Positions 51,451-64,000 of a stretch of DNA of 64,000 bases are shown piece after piece. The translations under genes were made by a program, and so were the position numbers. Within the stretch, counting starts at the first letter, position 1. Every line of letters starts with the position of its first letter. The stretch is from Perna viridis (lineage: Eukaryota), in contig CM074523.1 in the NCBI GenBank assembly GCA_037379345.1, positions 11,786,551-11,850,550 of the forward strand, given 5' to 3'. The notes beneath the pieces were generated by a model, which was given only the letters and a program-made list of their open reading frames with translations, ran no database searches and had not been told where the DNA came from.

Positions 51451-54222
51451 ATACTGTCTATTTACAATTAAGTTTTCGAATTTAAGGTGATGGATGTATT
51501 TTAAAAAAAAAATAGAAAAATACTTGTTTATGAGTTGCTGTGTGTTAGCGGTTGGAAGGGAACAAAAAATCAACAGTTATTTGTCATTTGAAAGCCTTTA
51601 TTTCCTGTATTGCACTTGAAAGAATTTCTCAGTGCTCATTATTTTCAACATATATTTTCCTATACCTATGGTTCTAATACTAGTCAACTCTTACAGCACG
51701 TGAACAGAATAAAAGAACTTACAATATTACTATAAATATATAAGTAGTATTTATATCATTTTGACGAAAAATATTTCTTTTAGTATCAGAAACAAAACAA
51801 CCAACGAGATTTGGCTAAACTTTTTTGTATGACGAAATGTCAAAGTCAAATGAAAAAAGGCAATGTTTCTCACAAGCCACCATCCAAGCTTGTGAAAGAG
51901 AAAGACTGTCCGTGAGCGATGGGATTATTTAAAATATATTGAACGGGTATTTCGTATCAGTCATTCAGGTCAGGTCAGGGTGACAAGTTTTTGAATTTGG
52001 TCCGCCGTAATATAGTGCGTGAAATTGTCGAAAAGTAACTTGGTGGGACGTTTATTCATTCTTTGCAGTTTGCTTCACTTTTAGAAAAAAATGTTTTAAT
52101 GGGTAGAATGGCTATTCTTATAGGATTCATGTATTTTGGCTATAGCATTTTGAGAGGCTCGTTATAAACTCGCCGTTTCCCTTGGTACTGCCTGAATACC
52201 CTGCCATAGTCTCCTTATTCATCGTTAATTATGTCATCTTTTTCCGTATTCCTTCTCCCAATGGTAATGATTCCTGTCCTTTTCTAAAAGTTCTTCTACC
52301 GGACATTCTATTGGTTTGGCGAATGTACAAAAAACCTGAAGTGAAATCGGTTAACAAATATGGTTATTATTATTGTTACTTTTTTAAAAAGTCATTTTAT
52401 ACGAAGATGAATTGAACATTATGAAGGGCAGTGTAACTTAAGTATTAATTTACAGAGTACAATATTTTTCTGCTGCGACTTTCTTTTAACTTTAAATTGA
52501 ATTTCATCTAAGTAACTATACAAAATGCTAACTTGCACTACTTCAGATATTTAATATTGTAACAAAAACACCCCGATAAGACCGCTGTCCTGTAGCCGTG
52601 TCTTACAGGAAAAGGATATTTTTTGTTAGAAAACTTTCGTTTTCAAAATTCGATTTAATGGTTTTGTATTTAATGTATGGAAAATGCTACTTTTTTGACA
52701 CTTGTAGTTATATGTATACTATCTTAATTTGCTAATCTATAATTTAATCAAGTCAGTGCAGGTAAATGTGTGAAAGAATCGTTTAGAATAAAACACCAGA
52801 CAAAGTTTTATCTGTTTTCTCTAAGCAGTACATTTCCGCAAAACATTTGATTGTACAGGTAAATCCACACATTTTTGTACACATTTCGGACCGATAATAA
52901 GCCAACCGAAAATGTTCTATGGTGACTCCCCGTTGTATAGTTCACGTTATAATAATGATTATATTGATTTTAAAAAGTCTGGAAATTGAGATTCACAAAC
53001 AGTCACGTTACACTATGGCTAATGAAGGTGATGCAGTTTGGGTCATTGGCAATTCTTAACCGCTCAAGCCTCTAAAACTCGCATAACAATATTCTAATGT
53101 TATAGTCTTGCAACTTTCAATGAATAATAACACATTTGCCTAATGTGAGGTCTCCATATTTTTTTTATAAAATCGTATCAAAAATTATTAATTAAACGTG
53201 CAAAAAAAAAAAGAAATGGAACGATATCTTCAATACTCGATAAAGTCAGGACATTGGAAAACTGATAATCGATAAAAGCAGACACTATTCTAAAAAATAA
53301 AACCAAAACAAAGTGTGTTTATTTTCGTGTGTTTATTGGCGGACGAACTGCCAAACAGAGGAATTAACTTATGCCTCGATCAGGAGTCATGCACATATAA
53401 CATGAGTAGTTACAGATTTTACTTTGTGTATTGGTATGTTTTAAGAATAAACGTGTCCATATTCCTATCCCAGATAAACCGTTATGTTAGATTACGATTC
53501 ATGTTGTAAACTTATTATGTATATCGTGCGTATTCGACCATCTTTAGTCCTAAAACAACGTATTGCAGACATTTTCCCACATGCCAGGCAACCATATTGG
53601 CATAGGGGGTAATTGATCCAAAAGTATACTGGGATGATAGTGACGGACGTCTTAATAAACCACCCGTACAGATAGAATAGTTTACGGAAATTGAAGACCA
53701 CTGACGTTTTACGGCTCTACCATACATCCGGAAAACGGATCCATCATATATGTAATACAAATGCAGAAATTCAGCATAATTGAAATATAATTACATACAT
53801 ATGTATATCATTTTCTATACGATTTCTAATTACTTGTGATTACTCAGTGGTCTATTTGAATTATCTCTTTTTCGTTTTGTCACATTGATAAATATGTTTA
53901 AACTAAACTAATTTTCCAATAAAAATTACCTTAACAGATACTTCCTGCTTAATAATGGGGTACAGTGGGGGGTGTCCAACGATATGACAAAAGGCAATAA
54001 ATAATCTTAACCTATTTGTTTGTTAATATTAAAGTAAAGGGGTAATTTATAAGTAATTAAATGCACAAGGTAAAATTGCAAGATAACTTTCTATAACTCT
54101 TTTCAAAACTGAAAATGGAATGGATGGTTTGGCTGATAATAGCTGGTTATTAATTGACATATTTTAGAGTTACTAGATTGTATTTGTTTATGAACTTACC
54201 TTAGTTTTTCGTTGTGTAATTC
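51451..54222. repeat. Upstream non-coding segmental duplication, partner of 20022-22150
   Basis: As for 20022-22150, with block order partly permuted and insertions. Confidence 0.9.
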
Positions 54223-55094
54223 TAAGTCTATTGTTACTAAAATTTTGAATAGAAATGCATGGTAGTATTCATATATATTCAATAATTCCCAGTGAGGAAA
54301 ATACACCAATCGACAATCTATGACGTAGACTTCTGTGTATGTAGGACTGAAGATCGTCCTTTTCTATTACGCATTATTTAAATGAATACTTACTTGGATT
54401 TCAGCCAGGTAACTTTCTAATTGAGTGCATAGTAGATATTATTTATATACAATAGAAAGCAAATCTGTTTAAACAATTTCAACATGGATTTGCGGTAAAA
54501 AAAAAAAGTTATTTCTCACAAGCCATTTATTTATCACTGTTCAAGATTGATGCGCTAAATCTCGTGTTTTTATATAGGACAAGCTATGATGTCCAACGGT
54601 TGCAGATTGTCTGGCAATTCAGCCATTGAACGTCAGAGTAATCTCTGACTACCCCTTCAAATAGTCGTCCCGTCGTCTTAATTCATTCATCTGTAGGTAG
54701 GTCACTGACGATCGTGATAGGTTTTTCTTAATTAACTGGATGAATATCCAGGCTGCACGTATAAAACTAGAAATTGTAAAAGCAGTTGTTCTGAATTTTT
54801 GACGAAGGCTTTTATAGCAATTTAAATATTTTGACGACCGGATAACCCAGTATTTAGTCCAGTATATTATTCTTGGATACAAACAACTGCCAACTGAGTG
54901 TTTATTGAATTTAATTCACTGTAATTATTAAAAATGTTAAGCTTGTAATGGGCCTTGATTGGAAATTAAGAGCATCTATTTTTTTCTAATCTATTGCACG
55001 CTGGCAAATAATATTCGAATTTCCCGCTATAAAATATTATTGTAAAAATTAACTAATCAAATTTGACATACTATTTACTTCACAACTGCTGTCT

Positions 55095-55125
55095 TGATCA
55101 CTTCCGGCATTTCCGTCATTGTGAT
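55095..55125 (+). promoter_or_regulatory. Candidate ETS-type site (ACTTCCGG) in the cyclin Y promoter region
   Basis: cacttccggc about 290 nt upstream of the ATG. Motif match only. Confidence 0.3.
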
Positions 55126-55392
55126 AAATGGATGAAGAAAGTGTTAAATTTTATGAAAAACAAGAACAACACAGTTTACTAAGCTTATAAATTATTCTGG
55201 AAATGTTCCATTTAACTTAAACCTTTTTTTTTCTGTACCATGCATTTCAAATATCCGATGATTCACACCCTAAACATACCCGGCTCCTCGTAAGGGGCAC
55301 TGAGTCTGTATCACCGATCAGCTGATTTCAGTCTGCTTTAAATGACCAACTATTATTGCATGGAAATGTTTTCGGTAATAAGTGAATAAACA

Positions 55393-55588
55393 ATGGGAAA
55401 CAAACATTCATGTTGTTCTTTTGGTGGATCTAAACCAAAGAGACCAGAGGATGCCTACCGTCCATCTTCGGCACCCCAGACTAACCATAAAAATGATGAT
55501 ATTCATGTTACATTAAAACATAGCAATCGTAGTACACCTTCTCTGTCAGCTGTTCCACACATCAGTGATAGAGAAGTTCTTCCTGAAG
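55393..55588 (+). CDS. CCNY: Cyclin Y coding exon 1
   Basis: MGNKHSCC (N-myristoylation/palmitoylation-type start as in cyclin Y MGNTTSCC) and HISDRE motif. Donor AAG|GTTAGT, phase 1. Confidence 0.93.
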
Positions 55589-56847
55589 GTTAGTTGAAAG
55601 TAGAGTTCAGGGTATGATGTTAAAGGTTGTCATTTACCTATTGCCTTAATCCCAGAAGGGATTACTATTGCCTGTGACAAGTATAAGTTGAATTACTTAT
55701 TTTATTCATTTTTCAACATTCATTTGCTAAATGACAAGCTAGATTTTAATTTGGGCTAGTAGAATTTTCAACAACTTGCCTGATAGGTTAAGGTTAATAA
55801 AATGTTAGCGTCATACCCTACAGTTTATACAAGTGACCCTACAATTATTTACAAGTGTAACACAGTACAATGCACAAAATTAAATTGGACACATGTATTT
55901 AAGCCATCGCTGCACTTCTACTCCAAAGGTCAATAATTTCATACCTGTTAACAAGTCTAACCTAATTGTGGGAGATCTGCAATCCATCATAAAATTGCAG
56001 GAGATTTTGTGTGAAGACATTTTTGACATATTTTGTTGTGCAACTAAAAGGAACGGTAACTTGTGTTCATCCTCGAAGTTTGATCATTTCTTGACATAAC
56101 TAGCCATTTGAAATTGTTAATCATGCTATGTATCGATAGGAACCAAGATAATTCTTGAGAGACTTGTATGTCGATCAGCTGTTCCAAGTGTTTTGAGGAT
56201 AAAGCACTTTCATGTCCTATGCGGTTGTTGACATAAAAATGTTAAATTCAGTTACGGGAGGTTTTTTACAGGAGGATTCTTGAAACTGGGAGATTGATGC
56301 CTCCCCAATGGGACATTTTTTGGGGGGGTCAAAAGGTAAAGTTACGGGTGACTTCTGCAAAAAAATGGAGGGGTAACACCAACATGTATTATAATGTAGC
56401 ACATTGATTATATTTAACATGATTGGATCAATTCAAATCCTATTGCTAAACTCTATACCTCGTCCTATTTTTTCGTGCCTTTAGTTTGTTTCCTTTTTGA
56501 CATATTCACCATTTCCATTCTCATTTTGTCTTTGTCATGAGTTTCTCAGGTGTCAAATGTAATAGTAAAGCATGATGCAAAGAACAAAATTTACAAGTAA
56601 CCCATTATTGGCACTGGCTAGACTTAAAAAATATTATTAATGGTCACATCCAGGTTTCCCAACTCTAGGTCAAATTCAGTTCTGTTCTCAATGAGAGATA
56701 TGCTCTAAAATTCCCAATTGTCACTAGAGTTGTCTGGAGTTCAAGTCACTTTTTCATATTATATTTTTTTTTATAAATATTTCATTTAAACCAGCAATTT
56801 TGCTCAATAATAGTCATTACTAATTTCTGTTATCCATGTTATTACAG

Positions 56848-56928
56848 ATAATGAAGCAGATCCTTCTATTCATCCAACAGCCAGCACATTATTTTCAAGA
56901 AGTTACTCTCAAACACAGATAGCTAAAA
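56848..56928 (+). CDS. CCNY: Cyclin Y exon 2 (DNEADPSIHPTASTLFSRSYSQTQIAK)
   Basis: ttacag acceptor and GTAAGT donor. Matches the cyclin Y PSxHPxAxTIF motif. Phase 1-1. Confidence 0.9.
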
Positions 56929-58973
56929 GTAAGTAACGGAAACTTCTCCAAACCGTCCCGGGACAAGAGGAAATGGCTGGTTTATAGGAGTGGCCGGTCT
57001 TGTGAGAAATAGCAATTCATTCTAAGAGTTGTTTCCATTAATGTGTTCTATAACCCTACACCTTGTCAGTTTGTTGGTGCAGACATGTTTAATTCCAATT
57101 CAAAACTTATGGCCTTTTATAACATTTCAAAGCTTGCATTATTTGTGAATGATTTTATTTTACAAACAGTACTGCCGACAAAATAATGTTCACAGGTTTT
57201 AAAGAGAGTGTATTAAAGATCAGAAGGCTATTAATGGTAATTATCATTTGTATTGTTTTTCTAATTACCTATCAACAAAGTCTAATAATTTCACCCTTTA
57301 TTGTTTTGGCTTGGGTACAGGTCACATTAATTGACAGTTTAAAGATCATACTGTTAAATGATCGTGATTGCCTGATGTGTGTACACACCAATTAATAGCC
57401 AACCAGTGACAAAATGTGATGTCTGGATTTAATTTGCTGTTAAAACTACTGTCCCCTTCAATTATCATCTGTCCACTGTTGAAATGCAAACCAGTCAGTG
57501 AATGAATTATTAATTACGTAATATTACATAATCATTTACAGTTTTGTTGACACATTTATAACAGGTGAACAATATCCGGTGGCCAGAATTGAGAGGTTGT
57601 TTTTACTTGGAATATATAACTAAAACTGAAAAACTGGCCAATGTACGGTTTTAGGGGTTGGCTGGTCTATTGAAGACAAAACATACAGGTTTTAAGGTGT
57701 ATCGTCCGGGACTTTTGAAAATGTCAGGTTTGAAGGGAAGACTGGTTTTCTGAGGGTCTGGTTTTGAGAAGTTTCACTATTAGTTTGCTAATACACTGTA
57801 GTATTTGTATGGCAAAATACGGATGGACTTGTGGTCCCCAAAAAAATTATGTGGACTGAAGTGTTACTGAGGACCATTGGATTTTTTGGGCGACCAACCG
57901 GTTATATATTGCAATTTGACCCAAAGTAACATGAAGTGATTTCAATATTATACTTTTTGTACATTGTAAACTCTAAATGACTCGTGTGGAAAGAAAGAGA
58001 AAACATGCACAAAAAAAGTACACTTCTGTCAACAAAATTAAATTTCTCCATTCTATGCGGTGGAAATACTTTTTGTATTATGAGTGGAGTCATCATTTAA
58101 AAAAAATGTTTGTAGTTTTCTACACCTTTTTTTATACCAAGTACATTTGGTTGTAGAAGTTCAATAACATTTCTCAATTATGGGCAGATAAAATATTGAA
58201 AGTATATAATTAAATGGAACAATTTTATTCCAATTTCTTACTTTGATGGAGTCACTATGGAGGACATAAGTGACTCCACTATGAATAGTGGAGAAATTAA
58301 AATTTTGGTTGATGGCAGTGTACACAGAATCTTAAACTCTTAAGCAAGCCGGTCCATATAACATATCAGGTTTTATAGACCGAAAAATATACATGTATCT
58401 ACATGTAAGAAGATGAACAAATAAAAATATTAAAAATATGATTTTACAATTATTTAATATTGTATTTTAAGATTTTTTTTTTTTAACTTCTTAAGAATGT
58501 TGGTATATAAACCACTATGAAACTAATTGGACATTCTTTCTTTCGAATTAAAAATGTAGCATCATGATTTGATATGTGATGAAAGATTTTCTCTTTTCTT
58601 CCCAAGAATACTCCTGAGTAAGCTACGTTTGAAACAAATATAACAAATAGTTCATGATAATTTGAGTCAAATTGAAAAATATGGACCGGTTAGTTGCCCA
58701 TTAATTGATAATGTAATGTAATTATGAAATACAAGTACATGTACTTTTTGTATTTCATTTGGATGTTACATGTGGTTTTATAATGTACATGTACAGATGT
58801 CACTTAACATTTTTAAATGTGTTTTCCAAGATTTATGCCTTCTTGGTCTTAGGGTCGGTGAAAAGGAATATACATGTATATTTGTATCTGGACAAGAAAA
58901 AGCAAAATTGCAAAGACTGCTTACCTAAATATAATGTATTACAAAATTTACAATGTGAAAGTTGATATTACAG

Positions 58974-59038
58974 ATAATAAGAACAGAAGAAATACATACT
59001 ATGAGTGTAGAGACAGAAATACTGATCAGGTATCGCAG
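58974..59038 (+). CDS. CCNY: Cyclin Y exon 3 (NNKNRRNTYYECRDRNTDQVSQ), probable
   Basis: attacag acceptor and CAG|GTTAGT donor. It supplies the phase 1 to 0 change needed between exons 2 and 4. The region is poorly conserved. Confidence 0.7.
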
Positions 59039-60231
59039 GTTAGTATGTTAAAGAGTTACACGGGCAGATCCACAATTCGAGTTTAAGAGGGGTTAAATTA
59101 ATTAAATGCCATGCAAAGCAAGGTAAAAAATATTATTGGGTGAAAATTGTGATGAAAATTTTTTTCTTACCGATATGGGGGGGGGGGTGTATGCCAGTCC
59201 TTGGATCCGTGCCTGGGTTATGAAGTCAAGGCTGGAAATATCATAATGAGCTGGACAGGGTGATATGTACATGTAAACGTTTAGTTGAGACATTTAAAAC
59301 TGACATTACTCTGTTTATTGGCAATGTTACGTTCTAGTGTACTGGAAATTTCCAACATGTTTGAGTATCATGGCAGTAGCCTAATAGTATAACATATCAT
59401 GCAGTAAGGACAATGGAAAATTGATTAAGTTACTTTTAAATACATGTATAGTTAAGGGATACATTTGTATACATGTATGTGTAAAGATAGTACATTTACA
59501 AAACCATTTAGCTTCATAAAATTTATGTTTGCTTACATAGTGGATAAGTCATTTACTTTCAACTAAATTAAAATTACAGTAATGGGAATGCACATTTGTG
59601 ATGTTTTTGATTTGTTGAGGTCCAAAATGTGTGTGGCTCAAAATCATTTTGTCAGAAAATATGTATGTAATTCTGGTTTTAAAATGCAGGCTTTTGGAAG
59701 CCTCACATATTCCCATTGGTTTATACATCACCCAATACAAACCGGTAGTGGTCATCAACAATGTCTTGATTTTAGTAGAAATACATGTAATTCTGTCCCT
59801 TATAGACAAAGTCATTAACACATTTTGTAACATTGAAAGAATCTTTCTTCTTATCCAGTTACAATGTATACCAACACATCATTATTGTGTATCTGTTTAA
59901 ATTTTTTGTGCAAAGATAACTCTTTGAAGAATTTTTGTTGAAAAAAGGCATATGATATCACTGTGTATCTTGGCCATACTCTCCACAACTATTCAGGGTT
60001 AACCTCCAAGGTGGTATCCAGCTGCCCAGAAGCAGACATGTTAAAATTATGTCTACATGAAAGTCCTGTCTACCCTGTACATTTCCGGTATTTCTGTTGC
60101 GCAACTTTTGACAATGTTTTAAAGGAGTCATGATTTTCTTTTAATTTTATTGATTTTTGCTGTAATGTGTGTTGTTTACCTAAATAATGTTTACCAAATC
60201 GTACTCAACCATTAATACCATATTTTTTCAG

Positions 60232-60408
60232 AATGCTTTAAGAAAGTACAGTTCTTGCTCGACAATATTTATTGATGACTCCACAGTCAGTCAACCCAAT
60301 CTGAAGAATACCATACGAGCTGTAGCATTTGCTGTTTACTTTCATATAAAGAACCGAGAGAGTGATAGGACATTGGAAATATTTGATGAGAAACTTCATC
60401 CTTTGTCG
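60232..60408 (+). CDS. CCNY: Cyclin Y exon 4
   Basis: [22 protein letters not shown]...YFHIKNR...[10 protein letters not shown], a hallmark cyclin Y sequence. ttttttcag acceptor and GT donor. Confidence 0.96.
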
Positions 60409-60904
60409 GTTTGTATAATTATTTATAGTACATGTACACTGTTAAGGAAAGAATCACAGAAACTCCATTTTATCATTTTTTACCATGGGCTGGCCATTTA
60501 TTTCATATTGTTTTACCCTGAGGGGTAGAGAAGGTTTAAGTAACAACAAAAATGGCCAGACCATAGTAAAACAATGATAAAATGGAGTTTCTGTTATTTA
60601 TTTTGATTCTATTAATAGGACCAGTCTCTTCATATTGTTGAACAGATACAGCCTACATGTATGTTGCATGAAAAGTTGGTTATGTGTTTATCACTTTTTT
60701 ACTGTGGCTGTGGTCTTAAGAGCCATGAAGCGTGGAATATAAGAATTATGATTTGTAGTCACGATCCTGAATAAAAATCTAGTCACTCCGATGTGATGTA
60801 ATGAGATTGAGTAAACATTTTTTTAATTTGAATTGTACAATGTATAAGTGTTTTGGTTTAATGACTGTTATATATTGATGAGCATCATTTACATTCTGTA
60901 ATTT

Positions 60905-61521
60905 GGGTCTAGGACATAAGCCCCCAGTCAAAAGCCCCCTTAGACAAAAGCCCCCCAGACAAAAGCCCCCCATCTTATAATAAGCATAATGTTAATGTAA
61001 AAATATTTATTTATTGTTGTTTTTTTTATGTTTGTTTTTTTTTGGGTATTTTTTTATTTTTCTTTTGTTGTGACTGTTCCTTGGTATATTGGTATTGCAT
61101 TTTATTTGTGTAAAATTTTTAATTCTGTTAAGTGTATTTAGGAAGTTTTTGTTTGTATTAAAATGGTTCAATTTCTGTGTATTTTTTTTCAAGGATTTAC
61201 TCATTTTATATTTGATGTTATATTTCTTATTACCAGAATCATTTGAAATTTCATCAGTGAAATAAGAAAAGCTGCCAGTAATACAGTTTTTTAAAAAAAA
61301 AACAAAATGACTGTTTTTAAACATATTTCCTTTATAAAGAGTGTATATTTGACAACTGTTATCATTTTATTGATAAAATATTGTCTTAAAAAAGAAACAA
61401 GAAGTTAGAATTATAACAATTTAGAAATCAAATTTCAAATTTTACTCTTTCAGTACTAATAGAAATATTATTCATAATTGATTAAATAATTTCTCATGGG
61501 GGGCTTTTGTCCTTATCCCCT
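60905..61521. mobile_element. MITE with subterminal ACAAAAGCCCCC repeats
   Basis: Left end ggg..aggacataagccccc with 4 repeats. Right end gggggcttttgtcct..ccc is the inverted copy. Confidence 0.55.
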
Positions 61522-62042
61522 GTAATTTGATAAAAAAAATATATATATATACTATTTAGGAGTCTTAAATTATAAAATCCTTTATGTGATTCAGAATCTT
61601 AATTTATTACTGGTATGCTTGGGCAACTTTGAACATTTGCATGCATTAACATACACTTGTCGAAAGAAAATTAATTGAACAGTTATGCATGTTATGATAA
61701 ACATGTCTAAGTCATTTTTTTATCATTCCAAAACACAATTTAGATTTGGTTTACACAAAATATCAAATAGTATATCGTATGAACACTTTTTCACCAACTC
61801 CAACCCCCAACAAAGACCTACCCAATTTTAACTGCTGTAAAAGTGCTTTAATTCATGGATACCAATTTTCGTTGGTAATGGAAGAAACCCAAGTTGGTGG
61901 ATTCTGAAATTCATGGTTTTGAGGTTTTTCGGATAGATGTCAATTAAATCTCCTTTTTGTTGGGAACCAAATTTTGTGGTTTAGTGTACCCATGAAAACC
62001 ACAAAAATTGGTACATCAAGAACAATAGTACTTTCAGTGTAT

Positions 62043-62190
62043 TCCAGGGACAAAGAACAAAGATTTTAAACTGACAAACACAACAAAGAACATAAAATAC
62101 CAAAAATAATACATGCAAAGTAACAAAAGTAAATAAGCGACTCAGACTCCACTAAAAACTGGGAGAATGGACCAGATGTACTGGTGCATA
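62043..62190 (-). mobile_element. Penelope-like 3' UTR fragment in a cyclin Y intron
   Basis: ccagggacaaag...gactccactaaaaactgggag matches 32938-33075. Confidence 0.75.
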
Positions 62191-62220
62191 AAACATTGTA
62201 TGTGTTTTTCATTTTGACAG

Positions 62221-62340
62221 AAGGAACCTGTACCAGATGATTATGATAAAAGGGACCCACCACACAAACATATATACAAGTTTATAAGGACCCTGTTTAG
62301 TGCTGCTCAGTTGACAGCTGAATGTGCTATAGTTACTTTG
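62221..62340 (+). CDS. CCNY: Cyclin Y exon 5 (start of the cyclin box); the gene continues beyond the window
   Basis: [40 protein letters not shown]. tttgacag acceptor and GTATGT donor. Not in the ORF track. Confidence 0.96.
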
Positions 62341-64000
62341 GTATGTATATTAAACTGTGAAACACAGGCTTTTGTGTCAATACAATAGGGTTTGTAAGTC
62401 TCGTTCTAGCTTCAGTTTCCCTTCTGGAATTTCCATTGCAGAATACATTGAAATCTGAGGACCGATCTGCATTCTATTGTTTATCACCTGGAAATCAAAG
62501 CACTGCATTACAATGCAAAATCTTTTCTTAACATATTTATTCTATAGAACTAAGATATTATCATTTTTATCAGTATTTTACGCAGACAGATATTTCGCTT
62601 TTTATATTAAGCTCAATGCAGTGTTAATGATGAATCTACATGCATTTGAATGGTAGAGGAGCACCTATTCTCATGACTTACAAACCCTATTTTAAAATCA
62701 GGGGTTCAAGTTTGCTTGATGTCATTAATTACAACAAATTTTACACGTATGACTTTTTGTTAAATTGACACCTGGGCTTTTGTAGATATAAATTCACAAA
62801 TCCAGCTGATGAAAACAGAAGGTCCTCAATAAAGAATTGTTTTTTAGCATGTTAAAAGTCCTGCGTAAGTAATGGAGGACGCCTTATAGAATTATGGAAA
62901 CAAGTTTAATTCTTAAAACCAAATAATGTGATCTGAATAATTGGTGAACAAAACTGTAAATTCAGAAAAAAATTATTTTTAACTTGTACCTTTGTGGAAT
63001 AATTTGATTCTAAAGGAAATCCTGCTTCTATAACTTAAAAAAAATCAATTATTTATGTAAAACTAATTCTATTCAGGCCCAATAAAAGAAGGATGTGTAT
63101 TTCCTAATACCCTACTGACCCCATGACAACAAAAACATGTATAAATTGTACCCTAGAGGTTTTTTTTGCCATTTTTCAATAAGTACTGTGAAATTCAGAT
63201 TGTTTATCTCATAGGCTGAATATAAAAGTAATAGTAATAAAAACCAAGTAATATCTTTAAAAAAAAGGTAGCCGACGCATTTAATGGCTTTGTTAAGTCT
63301 GATTAATGTTTTATTTTTTTAACTGTGTAATGACTGTACCATATTTTATATTTCAATTATTTTATTGGTTCAACAAGTTAACTATTTCCACTTATTAAAT
63401 ATATGCAAGATAAGTGATTGAAAATATTCTGAACACCTATGCCCCCAGTTGAGGCTTGAATTTCATGGTTGTTTTCACATATTTGTCCAAAAATCCCTAC
63501 CGACCTACACTATATTTTCAAAGATGCACTTAAAAAATCTTACCTGGAACACCATTGATTTATGACACTTCCAATGTTGATATGCGATTTATGGAAAAAG
63601 GGAGGTAACTCAAATTACAAACGAATTAAGATCAGGGCTTCTTTCCTTCCAAAGCAGAAACTTTAAAAAATTGTACCTGTAGATAAAAGGTTGATATTTT
63701 ACCTTGTTTTTCCTTGTATTTTCAGTAAGTAGTTAAATATGCACAAGAATTTTAATTGACAGGAAATAAATTTCAAGAGAAAGGTTTCCAATCTTTTTTC
63801 ATATTTAGTAAGTTTTCTATTGTAAACCAGGATCTCCTTTGGTAAAATCTTGCCTTGTTATACTTTTGCACTCTTTATACACTTCCAAAGGGAGTGTAAA
63901 TGGTTGTATCATTAACTGGGTTTAGTATACTTATGGCGAGAAAAAGCATCAATATCCAGTTTGTGCTTGTAAAATTGGGAGCTTAAAAATAGCACTACAG

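Overview
This is AT-rich, intron-containing animal DNA. The repeat content looks bivalve (Mytilus-like), which is an inference, and the prokaryote-style ORF track is therefore misleading. Three things dominate. (1) Two tandem minus-strand paralogs of one spliced gene that the ORF track breaks into unrelated pieces. Each has a large ankyrin-repeat exon, a 108/109-nt linker exon, a 1182-nt exon and a last exon. All junctions are GT-AG, and all are phase 1 once one homopolymer base in copy B is corrected. The last two exons encode a NAL1-like trypsin-fold serine protease (TCAH / DAA / GDSG) with a large insertion. Copy A (3199-13204) is a pseudogene. Copy B (28842-44975; about 34 ANK repeats, about 1900 aa if repaired) keeps an intact triad but has 3 frameshifts, two of them in homopolymers. 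Variation among the ANK repeats falls almost only on ligand-binding positions. The 5' halves of the paralogs are far more similar than their protease exons. Together this suggests a diversifying sensor-protease system (inference). (2) The first five coding exons of a conserved cyclin Y gene on the plus strand (55393-62340), head-to-head with copy B. (3) Many mobile elements: a degenerate Penelope-like element with N-terminal GIY-YIG (Naiad-type order) and about 10 fragments of it, tRNA-derived SINE units in tandem/inverted arrays within (TA)n, LINE 3' ends and MITEs.
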